Assembly (NCBI GenBank): GCA_040954595.2
Contig: CM082580.2
Coordinates: forward strand, 2,780,783-2,844,782
From: Balanoglossus misakiensis
Lineage: Eukaryota > Animalia > Hemichordata
Length of the DNA: 64,000 nt
Reading direction: 5' to 3'
The notes under the pieces are model-generated. The model was given only the letters and a program-made list of their open reading frames with translations. It was not told the DNA's origin and did not search any database. Both the position numbers and the translations under genes were made by a program. Shown one piece after another: positions 12,601-25,133 of the stretch. Position 1 is the stretch's first letter. Every line of letters begins with the position of its first letter.

Positions 12601-15600
12601 CAGAGAGGAGACCTGAAGATAACAATGGCTTGAGCATACTGTAAATGTACTGTACATGTATATGCAGCGGAAATCTTAAATGGACAAAGTTAGTCTCCCT
12701 CTTGCTGCCCTTTTTCCGTTAATTATGTTTGATGCAAGACACCATTTATGTTATTCTACATGTGGATATATAGTGAATCAACGTTCGACCACACACACAT
12801 TTCATCCCGTTTGTAGGATATGAGAGTAAAAACTCGCCCAAAATGAATAAATGGTAGAGACCGATTATTCATTTTGGCGAGTTTTACACTCTCGTGTCAA
12901 CAAGCAGGATGGAAGTTGTGTAGTCGAATGTTGATTCACTATACATCCACATGTAGCATAACATAAACAGTGTCTTGTATCAAACATAATTAATTGAAAA
13001 AGGGCAGCGAGGGAGAGACTTTGTCCCTTTAATGTGGTACATGGGTCTGGATGAATCAACTGTGGTCCCTGAGACAATAGTCTTATAGATTTTCTTTTCG
13101 TACCTGAATTTTTCAGATGGTCCTGAAGAATTATCCACTGATTTCCTCTTATTGCCATTACTGTAGTTGCTTTCCTGATCTACTGGAGTAGGGGATCTTA
13201 GATGAACACTTGGTTTAAAGTTCTGTGATCAGAAAAAAATATTAAATAATTAAAAGAGTCATTGAAATATAGCTGCATAAAGCAATGCCAGGGCTTAAAG
13301 TGGAACGTTGTGATCCGTTTTTGAGCCAATTCTGCGAAATGCGATTAAAAAGTACTATGAAAAACGTTGGTTTCATTCACTTTCACTTACGCATAACAGA
13401 GCTACAGCCAGCCAAAAACTGCGCGAACCCGGAAGTGAGTGACGTCAGCAACTCGTTGGAGCGAGCTTATGCTTATACACGCCTGCACTCACGCGACCGA
13501 CGACGTTAGCATGGCAACATATTCTCGGGTAGTAGGCTACAATTTTGAACCAGAGATTCCCTTCTACGACCAAGCGACTGAATTTTACAGAGGACAAAAG
13601 TTCATGCAGTTCTGATCTCCGATGTGTCCCGTTTGTCAAGGCTTACACTTGGTGTGGTTTCAGTGAAACCATAGACCCTAGAGTCTATGGTGAAACAGAC
13701 AATGCTGCAATTAAACAATACCCTCCCTCGTTGTCTCTCCCTCGTTGTCACCTTTTCGAACCACTTTTCTTACAAAAATACTTAGTCACCTTTTATGGAG
13801 TTGAAAAGAACGCAGGTGCATCGTCCTGCTCTCCAGGTGTAGTACGTCCGTAGTATAATGGAAGCCAATACTATAGTTATTGTATGCATGTTTCGTCTCT
13901 TGAAATGTATTAAAACTGCCCTTTTTAGTTGCTTTCATTTGATAACTATGCGATCGTCAATAAATGGAAATTAAACCCAAATACGTGTACCAAAAAACGT
14001 GCAGGAAGGATTTAAAACGGTACGTTTATTATTATCAGCGGCAGTTAGAACAACTTTGTATAGGCCTTACGGTTTGTTCATAAACGTCGACATGCATGGC
14101 ATCATGGACATTGCAGGGTCTATGTCTGCACGCATCGACAAATACAATACACGAAGAGCATTGCCTTTGAAAGAAACTTATCCCCGTCGATTTTCCGAAT
14201 ATGTTTTTAAAATCATGAACTTGACATTTCGCCATGTCAGATCCGCGCAAAATGTGTCTGTTTATTGGAAATGACACGTCGAACGTGTAAGTTGCTGACG
14301 TCACTGTAGTATTTTCAACGCGCGTCTTCTGCTTGCGCAGGAAGTGAAAGTGAATTAACCCATCGGAACGTTGCCGTTTTTGACACCCGGTTTGTACTTT
14401 GAAGCCCAAAATTGAGGGTGTCGTTCCACTTTAAGCCAGCATACAATAAAAGCAGACCTCCAGCTTTATAGCATAACTGTATTGGTTTTAATTATTTTTA
14501 TAGCATAGCGTACATGTGTACAGGGCGCCATATCAGCCAAACTTGGGAAGGTGCCCTAAGTCTCACCTGTTCTGTTGTCTTTCTATGGATTTTTTTGCTT
14601 GCATGTCACGCAACTGTGACAAAATATTTGCGTGCACACATTGTAGTTTTACGTGAAAATGCAAGAAATAGACGTGAATGCAAGACTGCTAGTAATGTGT
14701 ATGGCATAATCCAACATACATGTTGCAATCTGTTTTATACATGTAGTATCCTGGCATCCACTTTTTGACCCTATGACATTGAAATTTACTCAATAAACAA
14801 AGGATTTCAACCAAACTTACCCTGAGAGCTGCCTGTGATATTTTCAGTGGCGTTGTCCATGGTGCTGTTGGTGTAAAACACAATTTATGTTATATCACGC
14901 TACCATCCGCCATTCTACTTGGACAAGAGCTCAATTCAGCGATGCTAACTGTTACAGTCCCTGTGCAATTCACATGTGCATTAATTTACCTCTATATAAA
15001 GGCCACCTGTTTATAAAGGCCAGTTTAGGAAAGTCCCTTGACTGGCCACTATAGACAGGTTTGACTGTACTATAAACACACAGCCACCATCCACAATATC
15101 ATTTTTGTTTGACAAAAATATATGCCTTACCCATGAGACGATTGTTGTACAAATGAACCAATTTCAAGGGATCGTCCATGTTATATGCCTGGTAGCGGGG
15201 TCCTCCCCAACTTCTGATTGCATCCATGTATCCCAGAGATAAATCATTCAGCCACTGTACATTCACAGTAGGAATTCTCCATTCCCGTGCTTTCTCATAC
15301 TTGGCACCTTCTAATCTATGGCATATCAGCACAGTGTTTCCTCTTGTTAAATGTCCACTGTATTTGCCGCCAATCAGTTCAATCATTTGCTTGGCATCCG
15401 ATCGATCTTTACCTTCAAGCCCTGTTACTGCTATCACCTGGGATGAAAAAAGCAGTTTTAAGTACTCTTCAAGTATAGTCAGCATTTTCCTGCACTTACA
15501 TTCAATCAATCAAAAACATTTATCAAGTGCCAGAATCAATGACAATTTTACTTTCAAAGGCAACATACATCATTGTTCATTCATGTTCCACACGTTCACT

Positions 15601-18600
15601 TTTGCCTGGTTTCAAGTTTTCCACTAGTATTGTAAAGAAAAAAGATACACGTCCCCAATGACACTAAATGTTCAGTATTCACGATGACGGAAACTGATAG
15701 AGTGAGACATTAGATGGATAGACAGACAGGCACATACAGACACACAGAAACAGGCAGACAGACATAGAGAGGGTGCCAATCATTGGATGTTTATGGTCTG
15801 TATCTGCCAAAATTCCTACCTGATCTTTACATGGTGGTACAATCATTGGGTAAGCTGTAGGCAGATGCAGCGCCCTCCATGGTGGTGACATTTTCCGCAC
15901 TGTCAGACAATCATTCAACCAATGTGCTGTGACAACCCTTTTACCATCTTTCACAGCCTGAGAACCAAATATTAGAGATCTTCTGATTAAATAGAGACAT
16001 AATCAGCCTGAGGAGAATTTAGATGGTGGCATTGTATGATAAAATAAATTATTTTAATGCTGGCTTACAAAACGCATATACATACATCAGCGAATCAATA
16101 TAACTCATCCCAATATAACTCTAACACAGCATAATGCATAAATTATGTCTCAAATGCATGTGCATGCAGTAGTGGTATCGTACACTGTCCCCAGTCTGAT
16201 AAAATTTAGTTTGGAGAAGTACCACAATTTAATTTTCATTATACATCAACAAGTTTACAATGATTAACGGCATATATATATATAAATAAAAGCAATATTA
16301 TCAATGGTACATTCTATACTGCATAAATTTGATCAAAATCAGCTGAGCCATAACCAAGACATATAGTGAGCACTATACAAAATGACATTCACAACATAAT
16401 ATGTTTAGTTAATAGCAACCATATTCAGTTACTCCAAAAAGGCCATCTTGTATGTTGATGGTTTTGACAACTGGAAATTTGTTTGTATACCCAACCAATC
16501 ATCTCATCACTTGCTCAAACAGTCAATGCACAAAGTGAACTAGTACTAGCAAGAAGCCTGTAGAGTGTAGTGCATGGAGGTAGAGCTAACGAAACTCTAG
16601 TGACAAAATGGACAGTGGCGGACAATTACATTGAATTGATTGTTGAATATTGCGTATACATTTTGCATGATCAGCAAACATTTTTTGGGCATAAAAATCA
16701 TGTTACTTCATAAAGGAATAGAAATAGGGTCTTACCAGTTTAAAAACGTCAGTTTTCTGTGAATCGCAAATAACATGTGTAATGCGTTCTGAATAACAAT
16801 CATCCACCATGCCGCCAAACTTCACAATAACCTGTTCAAATATCAAAAGTAAACCTTGCATAAGTGGTGTTCCAGTAAGACAGATATTTATGTATGGCCA
16901 CAGATCACAGAGTGGTGGAAAGTATGGGTTTGTCGGAATGTCCATACTTCAAGAGTACAAGAATGAAATACAGCACAGTTACATCAGGATAAATACTCAC
17001 TTTTTTCCAGGTTTCAATCATTTCATGTTCGATTAGACTTTGGTACTCAATGATAAGAAATACACAGCCCAGCAAACAACAATCTCTGGGAACTGAGAAA
17101 AAAATATAGCAATGGTTAACATGTTTCCATGAAGGTTTTAACATAATAATTCTCAGGTAATTACAGAACATCCAAACTTGCCAAATGAATATTGGGTCTC
17201 TACTGTTAATTCATTTTGGCGAGATTATTATTCTCATATCCTACAAACGCGATGGAAGGTGTGTGTGGTCGAACGTTGATTCACGGTATATCCACATGTA
17301 GAATAACATAAATGGTGTCTTATATCAAACATAATTAATGAAGAAAGAGCCTTTGTCCCTTCAACCCAAACGCTGCCAAGTCAGTTAAAACTGGTTTGAT
17401 TTCCAGGGTGCCTAGAATCCTGGCTCCCAGGCCTGTTAGACTGCCAAGTGTGTGTTATTCAGAAGGGCCTATACAAGACCCTCAAACCAAACCAGTACAA
17501 TTTGGTACATTTTTACAGGGGGGTTCAAACTGCCAAGTGTGTCTAAGTACGTATGAGAGCAATGTCAACTGACAGTCAAAATACGTTTCAGAAGAAAAAA
17601 TGGCAAATACGTATTTTAAGGGACTTGAGACTCTGAACAGGTATGACACCCAGTAGCATTAGGGTTAATAAATTTATCACTACCGTAAGTTTCAAACCCC
17701 TAAACATGGAATTAAAACGTTCATCTCCCAGGTGAAGAATTTCAATCTGCTCTGGTCATAAGGTGGCTTTGTAAAGCCATACAGTATATCATCTTGTTCT
17801 GACATAATTACTTACTATTTTGAGTTACATCATGACCAAAGTACTGAAGGGGTTGATGAACAGACGGTGGTGGTTGTATTGGTTGAACATGATGAGGTTG
17901 TTGATGTAATTCCTCCACCGTTTGTTTCATACACTGCTGTGCTGAGGCTCTTCCCAATGCAGTCAATACTTGGGACATATCATGACCATCGGGCACAGGT
18001 GGTCTCATCATCATCATTGGCGACATTTGTGCATTGTTTGTAATATTGCGTAGTGTTCTCATTTCCGGCATATCTAAAGCATTCGTTTGGAATCTTCCGT
18101 ATGGCCCCGGTCCCATTTCGTGAGTTTCTGGTAAGGGCAGAACGTGGTGAGGATGCTTATCCTGATGTCTACTCCGTGATCTTCTTTGTTTTGTCTGTTT
18201 TGGCACTTCAGGAATGTCAGCAATTTTTTTACTTTGCATCTGATGTTGCTGCAATAAAGTCTGAAAGTGATTGTCTGATGTAGGCATTGCAAGGGGCTGT
18301 CTTGGAATATTGTTTCTGCTGCTTTGCATGTGACCTTGGGGAGCCTGTTCCTTCGTTGTATGATGATCTGCAGTTTCTGGCATTTTAGCAGTGTTTGCAT
18401 TGCTTAGTGCTTTGATCTTTTTCAGAGATTTTTCCTTTTCAATAATTGGTTCGGGCGTCGGTTCCACTACAGGCTGTGGAGTCGGTGGACGACGAGGAAC
18501 GATCAATCTTGGGTGGTACTTGGCCTCATTTTGCCTTTTTTTCCCAGTAATGCAATCAACAATCCAGTCTGGCATAACCACTTTAATGATATCTTTGTGC

Positions 18601-21600
18601 TGCAAAGCACTTTCATATTTTGCCTGCAATGCACAAAATGAAACAATATTAGGCTGCTGATGAAGGACTAGAAAATTGTTGGTGAGGGTAGACGGGTCTT
18701 GAAAATTCTTACTGTCAGGGGGAGGACCTACAAAATTATTTTTTTATTTCCACATGGTTCAAAGTTTAGCCAAGATTTATCACCCTGCATGAGATGTATT
18801 TCATCAGCATTTTACTCAAGGGTCACAAGGACACAACAAGCTGCAAATACTCACCCCTTCAGCTTTGGTGGTGATCAGATGAGTACATTTTCCATCCAAA
18901 TTCAACTGACATTTGCCGCCATAAAATGTAATCATGCTCCATATCTTATTTTTGACATCTTGAGACATCTGTAATGTGTAAATTATTGTTTTAATTTTTG
19001 TTAATACACTTTCCACTCAAACAAGTCATAGACCACTTCGCGGATAGGGTATCTACAATGCATGATGGTATAATTTGTGTTCAACATAGCGTCTAGTACA
19101 TGGCTAACGCACGCGCTCAGAACGCAAACTGTCCCACAACCCCCTGCGTTATTCTATCCGCACAGTGGTCCATTCTCAATAACAAAGTGTCACGTGAGGG
19201 CATCAAAAAGGGGCAAGGCATTTACTTCTCATTGATTCTCCTCACCCATAAGTGACAAGTACCTAGTAGGACAGAGATTGCGGTAAAGACACTTAAAGTA
19301 TGTTGCCAATATCACTGTACTGACACATGAAACTTCGAAAACTGCTTACCTGGGATGGACATGCAACTACTCCAGAGAAGATCTGACTGGCTCCAGGTGC
19401 AAAGGCAGAATAAGGCAGAATACAACCACACTTAATGGACATACTGACCCAGTGAGACTGAAAAAAAAAATACTCAACTAGTTATTGATGAACAAGGCCC
19501 TGTAACAAGGGAATTTTAAAAGTGCCAGTAGTTTAAATTCTTGTGAATGATCCTGAAAAACGTTTTTTGACACTTTATCACACAAGAAGACAAAAAATTG
19601 ACTCAACAACATCCAGTCATTGATAAACAAATTCTGAGAAATTTGAAGTAAAATTAATAATTGAATATAATTACCATAACAACAGGCAAATCAAAAATAT
19701 CTTTGGCTTCACTGACTTCATCGTGATCACCATCGTCTGTGATAACATGAGTTACATTGGTTGTCAAGTATGTCTCCTGGTTGGCTCCTCCTTTATCCAA
19801 CAATGCAACAATCTAGCAATAATAAAGAATGAAAATATACACGTTTAGAAATATTTGTTTTATTTCCAGTGGCAAAAGTCTGCCACCAGAAAATAAAATT
19901 AAAAAGCAATTCTGGCTGCCGTAAATAGGTTTTCACTTTGCGCTGGGGGTCAAATCACATTGCATTCTGGGCGAAAAGTCGACAACCCACTGTAGTAAGA
20001 GATACATTTGTAGAAGAAATGATATGTTTACTGTATTTCATGGTAGGTTGTGGTTGGCTGGCTGGATCGTGCTGATGGTGGGGCCATCAGCGCGATCCAG
20101 CCACCCTTCCAACCCACCAAGACTACAATTATTGCAGCTGGCACACACCACAGGGATTTAGTCAAGGAAAGTGGAGAAATACCTATATAATAGAAACTGA
20201 ATAATTTTGTTGTCTGTCAACTCTTCTGTCTTTCTCTAAACCGATACGATTCTAACCGGAACACTGAGGCTTCTCTGCTCGTGCTGACTTTTAACTAGTG
20301 CACACAGTATAAAAATGGCACAGTAATTATATGCATGATAAAATGTGGTCTCTTTTGGTGAGCTCTTCCTTCCGTCTGACCTCTACCTTGTCTTACTTGA
20401 CAAGGGGAGAAAGCAGACTGGCTGTGATTTTGCTGGATAGACGGCATGAGAAGGGCAGCCTGAGTGTTCCGATTAGAATTGTATCAGTAAGAGAAAGACA
20501 GGAGAGATGACAGACAACAAACTTATCCTTCAATCAGGGATCTCATGACTTTAGTGGACACGACCATGTTCCATTATTTGTTTGGGGGCGAGGGATGGGA
20601 TATGAGGGTGAGTTTAAATTGGGGAGAGTGTGAAGTGACTGATATGAAGGCAATAAATGTGCGTTGGTTGAGCTGTTGTGTTGTGTAATGTGTGGTTATT
20701 TATCGGTACATGTATATCTCTTTTTGGCAAGACGGCAATTTTTATTCTGAATTGGATTCCGTTAGTTTACCGAAGTGGCTAGATGACATTCTTTCTGTTC
20801 ACCTCATTTTTTCCCCAAATTGGATATATCTGCACCATAGCTAATGTTCTCCTCAGTAAGATTGCTGCCGCCCATAATAAATAACCACATATTACATGTA
20901 CACACCAGCTCAACCAATGCACAGTTATTGCCTTCATATCAGTCACTTCACACTCTCGCCAATGACCCCTTTAAACTCACCCCCTCGCCCAGGCCAGGGG
21001 CATGGTCTTGTCCACTAAAAAGTCATGCTGCATGGCAGGGCTGTGTGTCTTGTGGAGGCATATTGCTACATTGTATATAAGACACAAAGCCCTGCCAGCA
21101 GAACTAGCACATACCAAGCCCAGTATTTCATCCAGACTTGGGGGATGGGGGATTCACCCCTTGTTGGCATGCTGGCATCCCTAGCAATTTGTCAGGGGGG
21201 CAGTGCCCCTTACAATGATGTCACTCACATGTTAGAGATATTACATTCGGATTCCCCCTTTGCCAGAGTGGAATCCCCCCAAATATTCTTGCAAAGGGGG
21301 ACACATTACCCCTGTTGATGCCATCCTGGATGAAACACTGCATGCCAGGCAAAACAAAACGAGCTACGTAAGGTCTGCGCTTAGCTGCAGTTCAGAAGCT
21401 CGTAGTCTGGTATCCAGACCCCAGTGTGCCTGTGTGTGAGTTTTCTATCTAAAACAAACTCTGGGGTCTGCATTACCTGACAGTGACTAAGTTGATCGAG
21501 GTTTTGAACTGCAGCTGGTCTGCGCTTACCTTTTCTTCCACATGTCCGATCAGATAATATTTTATGTCCTTGAACAGCTTCGCGGTTACATCAGGGGAAT

Positions 21601-21625
21601 TGGCGACTTCTTTTTCTACCGCCAT
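3639..21625 (-). CDS. PAXIP1: PAX-interacting protein 1 / PTIP (six-BRCT protein), 17 coding exons, about 902 aa
   Basis: Exons assembled with consistent phases: 21530-21625, 19675-19812, 19350-19457, 18855-18968, 17816-18623, 17001-17092, 16736-16831, 15820-15957, 15131-15437, 14821-14864, 13104-13222, 12507-12594, 11472-11640, 10654-10754, 4606-4816, 4185-4245, 3639-3657 (2709 nt, divisible by 3). Peptides match PTIP BRCT repeats: LFKDIKYYLIG, EAKDIFDLPVV, WSMITFYGGKCQLNLDGKCTHLI, KRVVTAHWLND, PPWRALHLP, KYEKAREWRIPTVNVQWL, RTTKFLACLSVCKFVVSPIWI, IVECGGG, DVHSAEFILTGALTQ. Q/H/P-rich linker in exon 5. Confidence 0.93.
3658..4184 (-). other. U12-type (minor spliceosome) AT-AC intron, last intron of PAXIP1
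   Basis: 5' end ATATCCTTTT (4184-4175), branch site TCCTTAAT (3674-3667), 3' end ..TTCTTCACAC (3658). Splicing gives the C-terminus LDYLSYRFEP*, matching the vertebrate PTIP ending as I recall it (LDYESYKFN*). Confidence 0.88.
5317..6304 (+). pseudogene. Tigger/Jerky-like (pogo family) DDE transposase remnant, C-terminal half, in PAXIP1 intron 14
   Basis: SKERITVMGCANAAGTHRLPMLVIGKS, NAWM, LTLDKAPSHP, PPNTTPLLQPLDQGV; frameshift near 6110-6190; lacks the N-terminal HTH. Confidence 0.88.
6557..7730 (+). pseudogene. Second Tigger/Jerky-like transposase remnant (CENP-B HTH + DDE)
   Basis: PLSGQIIMEKAK, FKASTGWLKNF, IYNADES, KDRITIMGCANAAG, ENAPSH, QPMDHGV; frameshifts and an in-frame stop at 7553-7555. 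Confidence 0.88.
7989..9360 (+). pseudogene. Decayed pogo-type transposase of a different family
   Basis: KRKRGQYSHY..RAEIGKFAAENG, WAESFLKRMGYVKRKGT, HTPNHWSN, FDVFRAH, FVPANCMSQLQSL; multiple frameshifts. Confidence 0.8.
9376..10048. mobile_element. pogo/Tigger-type MITE, TA TSD
   Basis: TA|CCGTACTTGCCCGGGTAAGAACCCC ... GGGGCTCTTACCCGGGCAAGTACGG|TA. Confidence 0.88.
11013..11310. repeat. Interspersed repeat; inverted copy at about 60290-60579
   Basis: TTCTTTACTATCAATCACGTGATCTGGCCA..GGTGCCTCATCAGCCTC..TCTGGAAATTTGAATG is the reverse complement of sequence in P3H intron 5. Confidence 0.85.
12680..13028. mobile_element. About 350-bp palindromic TTAA MITE, family A (Kolobok-like); partial copies at about 5060-5230, 17205-17360, 35921-36200, 63900-64000
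   Basis: Termini TTAA|AGGGACAAAG..CTTTGTCCCT|TTAA (left end slightly diverged here); internal GCCAAAATGAATAA/TTATTCATTTTGGC palindrome. Confidence 0.9.
13299..14430. mobile_element. 1.1-kb TTAA element, probable internally deleted Kolobok
   Basis: TTAA|AGTGGAACG ... CGTTCCACT|TTAA; inward-facing ATG fragments at both ends, one resembling a THAP start (MAKCQVHDFKN..GISFF). Confidence 0.7.
14955..15067. mobile_element. Short Tc1/pogo-type MITE remnant
   Basis: TA|CAGTC ... ACAGGTTTGACTG|TA with internal repeated TATAAAGGCCA. Confidence 0.55.
19030..19171. mobile_element. Short MITE flanked by AT
   Basis: AT|AGACCACTTCGCGGATAG ... CTATCCGCACAGTGGTCC|AT, imperfect TIRs. Confidence 0.6.
20200..20525. 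mobile_element. Degenerate inverted-repeat element
   Basis: TTGTTGTCTGTCA..CGATTCTAACCGGAACACTGAGGCT pairs with AGCCTGAGTGTTCCGATTAGAATTG..TGACAGACAACAA. Confidence 0.65.
21382..21517. mobile_element. TAG-ended mini-element with 9-bp TSD (AcademH-like) in PAXIP1 intron 1
   Basis: GTCTGCGCT|TAGCTGCAGTTCAGAAGCTCG ... CGAGGTTTTGAACTGCAGCTG|GTCTGCGCT. Confidence 0.78.
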
Positions 21626-22208
21626 TTTTATAATATTACAATGCAAAGCGACTTAAAACCCAGTGTTGTTCTGTCCACTCGATGCGGGAGCAACATTAGC
21701 TTGGCGCTTTCATTTGCGCTTGCGCCGTATATTGTCGTAAAAGGGTACGACAGGCAATGATGCTGAAAGTAGCCTCGAATTCGGATTTGAGAAAACTGAC
21801 CAAAATACACGATTCTACACATACATCATATTAGCTGTGTTCATGATATAGCCTTCTTACGCGATGATTTGGAGAAAAATGCGTGTCGTGTCTCAGGTCG
21901 ACACTTCAAACGGAGACGCTTTGTATTGTTAATACCCGGATGTTGTCAACACACGAGCCTCGATTTCAGAGTCGTTGGGAAAATTCAAAAGATGATACTG
22001 GCGCTGGAGTGCAGTAGCTGAGCAGATCGTTGTAAGAGACTATGTTGAATAACTTGATAACAAACGCACCCTTACCTTATCGGGAGGATGTATTTCATGT
22101 GATTCAAAGGTAACGAGTCGGACATTACAGCCAAACTGTTATAGCTCGCGTGTATATAACACAGAACGCGACATCGGAGACGATCGTCTGTAGCTGTCAA
22201 GTTCCGAC
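21626..22208. promoter_or_regulatory. Putative bidirectional promoter PAXIP1/PLK4
   Basis: The two ATGs are 583 bp apart and divergent. The region is CpG-rich, with ETS-like CCGGATGT (about 21936), CHR-like TTCAAA copies (about 21905, 21984, 22103) and YY1-like AAAATGGCG over the PAXIP1 start. Confidence 0.65.
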
Positions 22209-25133
22209 ATGTCAACACACAATATGTCGGTTGGAACTTCCACCGTGATGGGAGACTGTATCGAAGACTATCAGGTGCTGAATCTGATAGGAAAAGGTGG
22301 ATTTGCGTGTGTTTACAGGGCTCGTTCCTTAAAAACGGGTCTGGAAGTCGCCATTAAGATGATTGACAAAAAGAGGATGCATGCAGCGGGAATGGTATCA
22401 AGAGTTCGAAACGAAGTCGAAATTCACTGTCAACTGAAACACCCATCTATACTGGAATTATACGGTTGCTTTGAAGATGACAACTATGTGTACTTGGTTT
22501 TGGAAATGTGCCACAACGGTGAACTGAACCGCTACTTGAAAACACACACGGTTATAGCTGAAGAGAAGGCTCGTATTTTTCTCAAGCAAGTAGTGTTGGG
22601 TATGTTATACTTGCATTCCCATGGAATTCTTCACAGGGATCTGACTTTAGCCAATATACTGTTGACCACCAACATGGACGCCAAGATTGCGGATTTTGGT
22701 TTAGCGGCGCAGCTGACAATGCCTAGTGAAAAACACTATACAATGTGCGGGACACCGAATTATATCTCACCAGAAATTGCCACTAGAAGTGCACACGGAC
22801 TCGAATCTGATGTCTGGTCACTGGGTTGTATGTTGTATACTTTTCTTGTTGGGAAGCCTCCCTTTGATACCGATGCAGTGAGAAGTACCCTGAACAAAGT
22901 TGTACTGGCACAGTATGACATGCCAAAGCAACTATCAAAAGAAGCCAAGGACTTAATATCAAAGATGTTGAAGCGAAATCCTGGTGAGAGGATAACCATT
23001 TCGGGCATTCTAGATCATCCATTTGTGACCAAAACAGAGACTGTTAAACAGCAGAATATGTTGACGTCAACACTGAGTAGAAGGCAGAAAGCGAGTGACA
23101 TGTCAGTCGATAGCGGCAATGCTACCATGCCAACAGTAACACTCGGCGGTGACACCTCCCACCAACCAACGCAGAGTAATATGTGGAAAACTCGAATGTC
23201 ATCTCACCCAGTGACATCAAAAATCTTGAAAGATGATACACTGTGTCAGTATCATTGTACTGAAAGAAACAGCAGTTCGGCAAGTACCAAAATACAGCAG
23301 AAGCCTTGGCAGATATCCAGAGTGAGTAATCATGCCAGTTCCTGCAATGTCTGTGACAACAGAAAAATGACCTCTGCAGACTACACGCACAAGAGAAGCT
23401 TGCTGAGTGCAGGAAATGCACAAAATACACAAACTCAGGATTCTACCAACTTGTCAGCGTATACTATGAAACATGAAAGTTGTCATGGTGGGAATAAGGA
23501 CAAGTGTGTTCTCAGAGCAAGTAGTAACGGAACTGTAAGTAAATGCAGTGGACATTTATCAGTTCTAACTACAGAAAATGACTTCAGTACGTACAAAGAG
23601 AAGTGTAATGGGGAAACTTGTGAAGAAACTGTAGCTGGCAGAAATGGAGACCACTCATCTGTGAAAGATAGTGTCTCAAAGCATACAAAAGGCAGACAGA
23701 AAGCTGCAAGAAATGATGGCAGGCAAGACTCGCATATGAAGAAAGCCCATTCAAATTCATATGAAAATATGCGCACCTCAAAATATGACGGCAGCAGAGA
23801 AAGATGGAATCATTCTGTAAGTAGATGCCAAGATGACAATGCAGAAGTTCTTCAGAACTGGCAAGCATTGAAAACCTCTTCAACTGACAGAAAACATTCA
23901 TCAGTTGTAAGTCACAAACATAATGAGGATAAGGGGAAGAAAATCACAAGAGAAATGATGTCACCCGTCAAGGCGGACAGATTAAGACCCTTTAGACAGA
24001 GAACAAGAAATGCAGTAGTCAGCATTCTGAATCACGGCGATGTGTGCGTCGAGTTTCTCAAGACTAAAGAAAACGAAGAAAGAGTAGTGGAAGTGCTGAT
24101 GATTTCTGAAAATGGCCACAAAGTTGTTGTGTACCATCCTAACAGAGGGCAAGGTCGGCCAGTATCAGAAACTCCACTACCATCAACAGGTAGTGAGAAA
24201 GTTTTCAGTTTCCATAGCCTCCCAGAAAAGTACTGGAAAAAGTACCAATACGCTGTAAAATTTGTTCAACTTGTCAAAACCAAAACTGCTAAAGTGACTC
24301 TGTACTCAGATGAAGCTAAATGTATGCTGATGGAAAATACACCATGTGCAGATTTCGAGGCAAGTTTCTACAATGGTGGAAAGGTAACTCAAGCAACGGC
24401 TGGTGTTAAAGTCATCGAGCCTAATGGGAAGACTCACAGTCTGTGGTCTTTGAATCCAACGGGAAATAATATTCCTTCTGACGTAAAGCTGATGCTAGAA
24501 CATACCTATGTATGTCATCAGACTTGTCTTGAGCTGGAAGCAGCAATGGCGTCCCTGGGGGTTAAAACCAAATGTGAACCGTTTTTCCCCATTGTTGTAC
24601 GCAGAAGGCCACCAGCAAATGTGAAAGCCAAGCCGGATAGACAAGGAGAGCAGAACAAGAAACTTGTGAATGCTGGAGACTGCAAAGAGAAGTACAGCAG
24701 AGCAGCTGAACCGGTTACAGCTGTATCTCCCAGTGTGTTCACACCGCATGTATCACCCACTTCCCTATTGTCGTTTAATGGCACAGTTTACAGCACGAGG
24801 ACAGAATTGCCTGCTGGGGATGGAGCTGTCACTGCAAGAGGCCATTCGGACAAACTTTACCATAGTGCCACTGTTGTGAAGAGCATATTTGTGCAGGACA
24901 TTGGCTGGGCATCTCAGCTGTCATCGGGTGAAGTTTGGGTGAAATTCAATGATGGGTGTCAGCTCATGGTGCAAGTCAGCAACACTACAGTCAGGTTCAT
25001 CGATTCAAATGGCAATGCTTTCCAGTATACACAGCAGGACAAAATACCGGACTTTGTAAAACAGAAATTATCAAAATTGACGGCAATTGTGGAAATGTTT
25101 GTCAGTGTACCTGTAAAATCACTTCCAAAGTGA
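22209..25133 (+). CDS. PLK4: Polo-like kinase 4 (SAK), single-exon ORF, 974 aa
   Basis: Kinase domain ([56 protein letters not shown]), phosphodegron-like SVDSGNAT, cryptic polo boxes ([37 protein letters not shown]), C-terminal PB3 ([18 protein letters not shown]). Confidence 0.96.
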   Translation: MSTHNMSVGTSTVMGDCIEDYQVLNLIGKGGFACVYRARSLKTGLEVAIKMIDKKRMHAAGMVSRVRNEVEIHCQLKHPSILELYGCFEDDNYVYLVLEMCHNGELNRYLKTHTVIAEEKARIFLKQVVLGMLYLHSHGILHRDLTLANILLTTNMDAKIADFGLAAQLTMPSEKHYTMCGTPNYISPEIATRSAHGLESDVWSLGCMLYTFLVGKPPFDTDAVRSTLNKVVLAQYDMPKQLSKEAKDLISKMLKRNPGERITISGILDHPFVTKTETVKQQNMLTSTLSRRQKASDMSVDSGNATMPTVTLGGDTSHQPTQSNMWKTRMSSHPVTSKILKDDTLCQYHCTERNSSSASTKIQQKPWQISRVSNHASSCNVCDNRKMTSADYTHKRSLLSAGNAQNTQTQDSTNLSAYTMKHESCHGGNKDKCVLRASSNGTVSKCSGHLSVLTTENDFSTYKEKCNGETCEETVAGRNGDHSSVKDSVSKHTKGRQKAARNDGRQDSHMKKAHSNSYENMRTSKYDGSRERWNHSVSRCQDDNAEVLQNWQALKTSSTDRKHSSVVSHKHNEDKGKKITREMMSPVKADRLRPFRQRTRNAVVSILNHGDVCVEFLKTKENEERVVEVLMISENGHKVVVYHPNRGQGRPVSETPLPSTGSEKVFSFHSLPEKYWKKYQYAVKFVQLVKTKTAKVTLYSDEAKCMLMENTPCADFEASFYNGGKVTQATAGVKVIEPNGKTHSLWSLNPTGNNIPSDVKLMLEHTYVCHQTCLELEAAMASLGVKTKCEPFFPIVVRRRPPANVKAKPDRQGEQNKKLVNAGDCKEKYSRAAEPVTAVSPSVFTPHVSPTSLLSFNGTVYSTRTELPAGDGAVTARGHSDKLYHSATVVKSIFVQDIGWASQLSSGEVWVKFNDGCQLMVQVSNTTVRFIDSNGNAFQYTQQDKIPDFVKQKLSKLTAIVEMFVSVPVKSLPK

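Noticed and set aside
14103-14124. CATGGAC..GTCTATG as a sixth short palindrome
   Set aside because: The flanking 7-mers (ATGGCAT/TCTGCAC) do not match.
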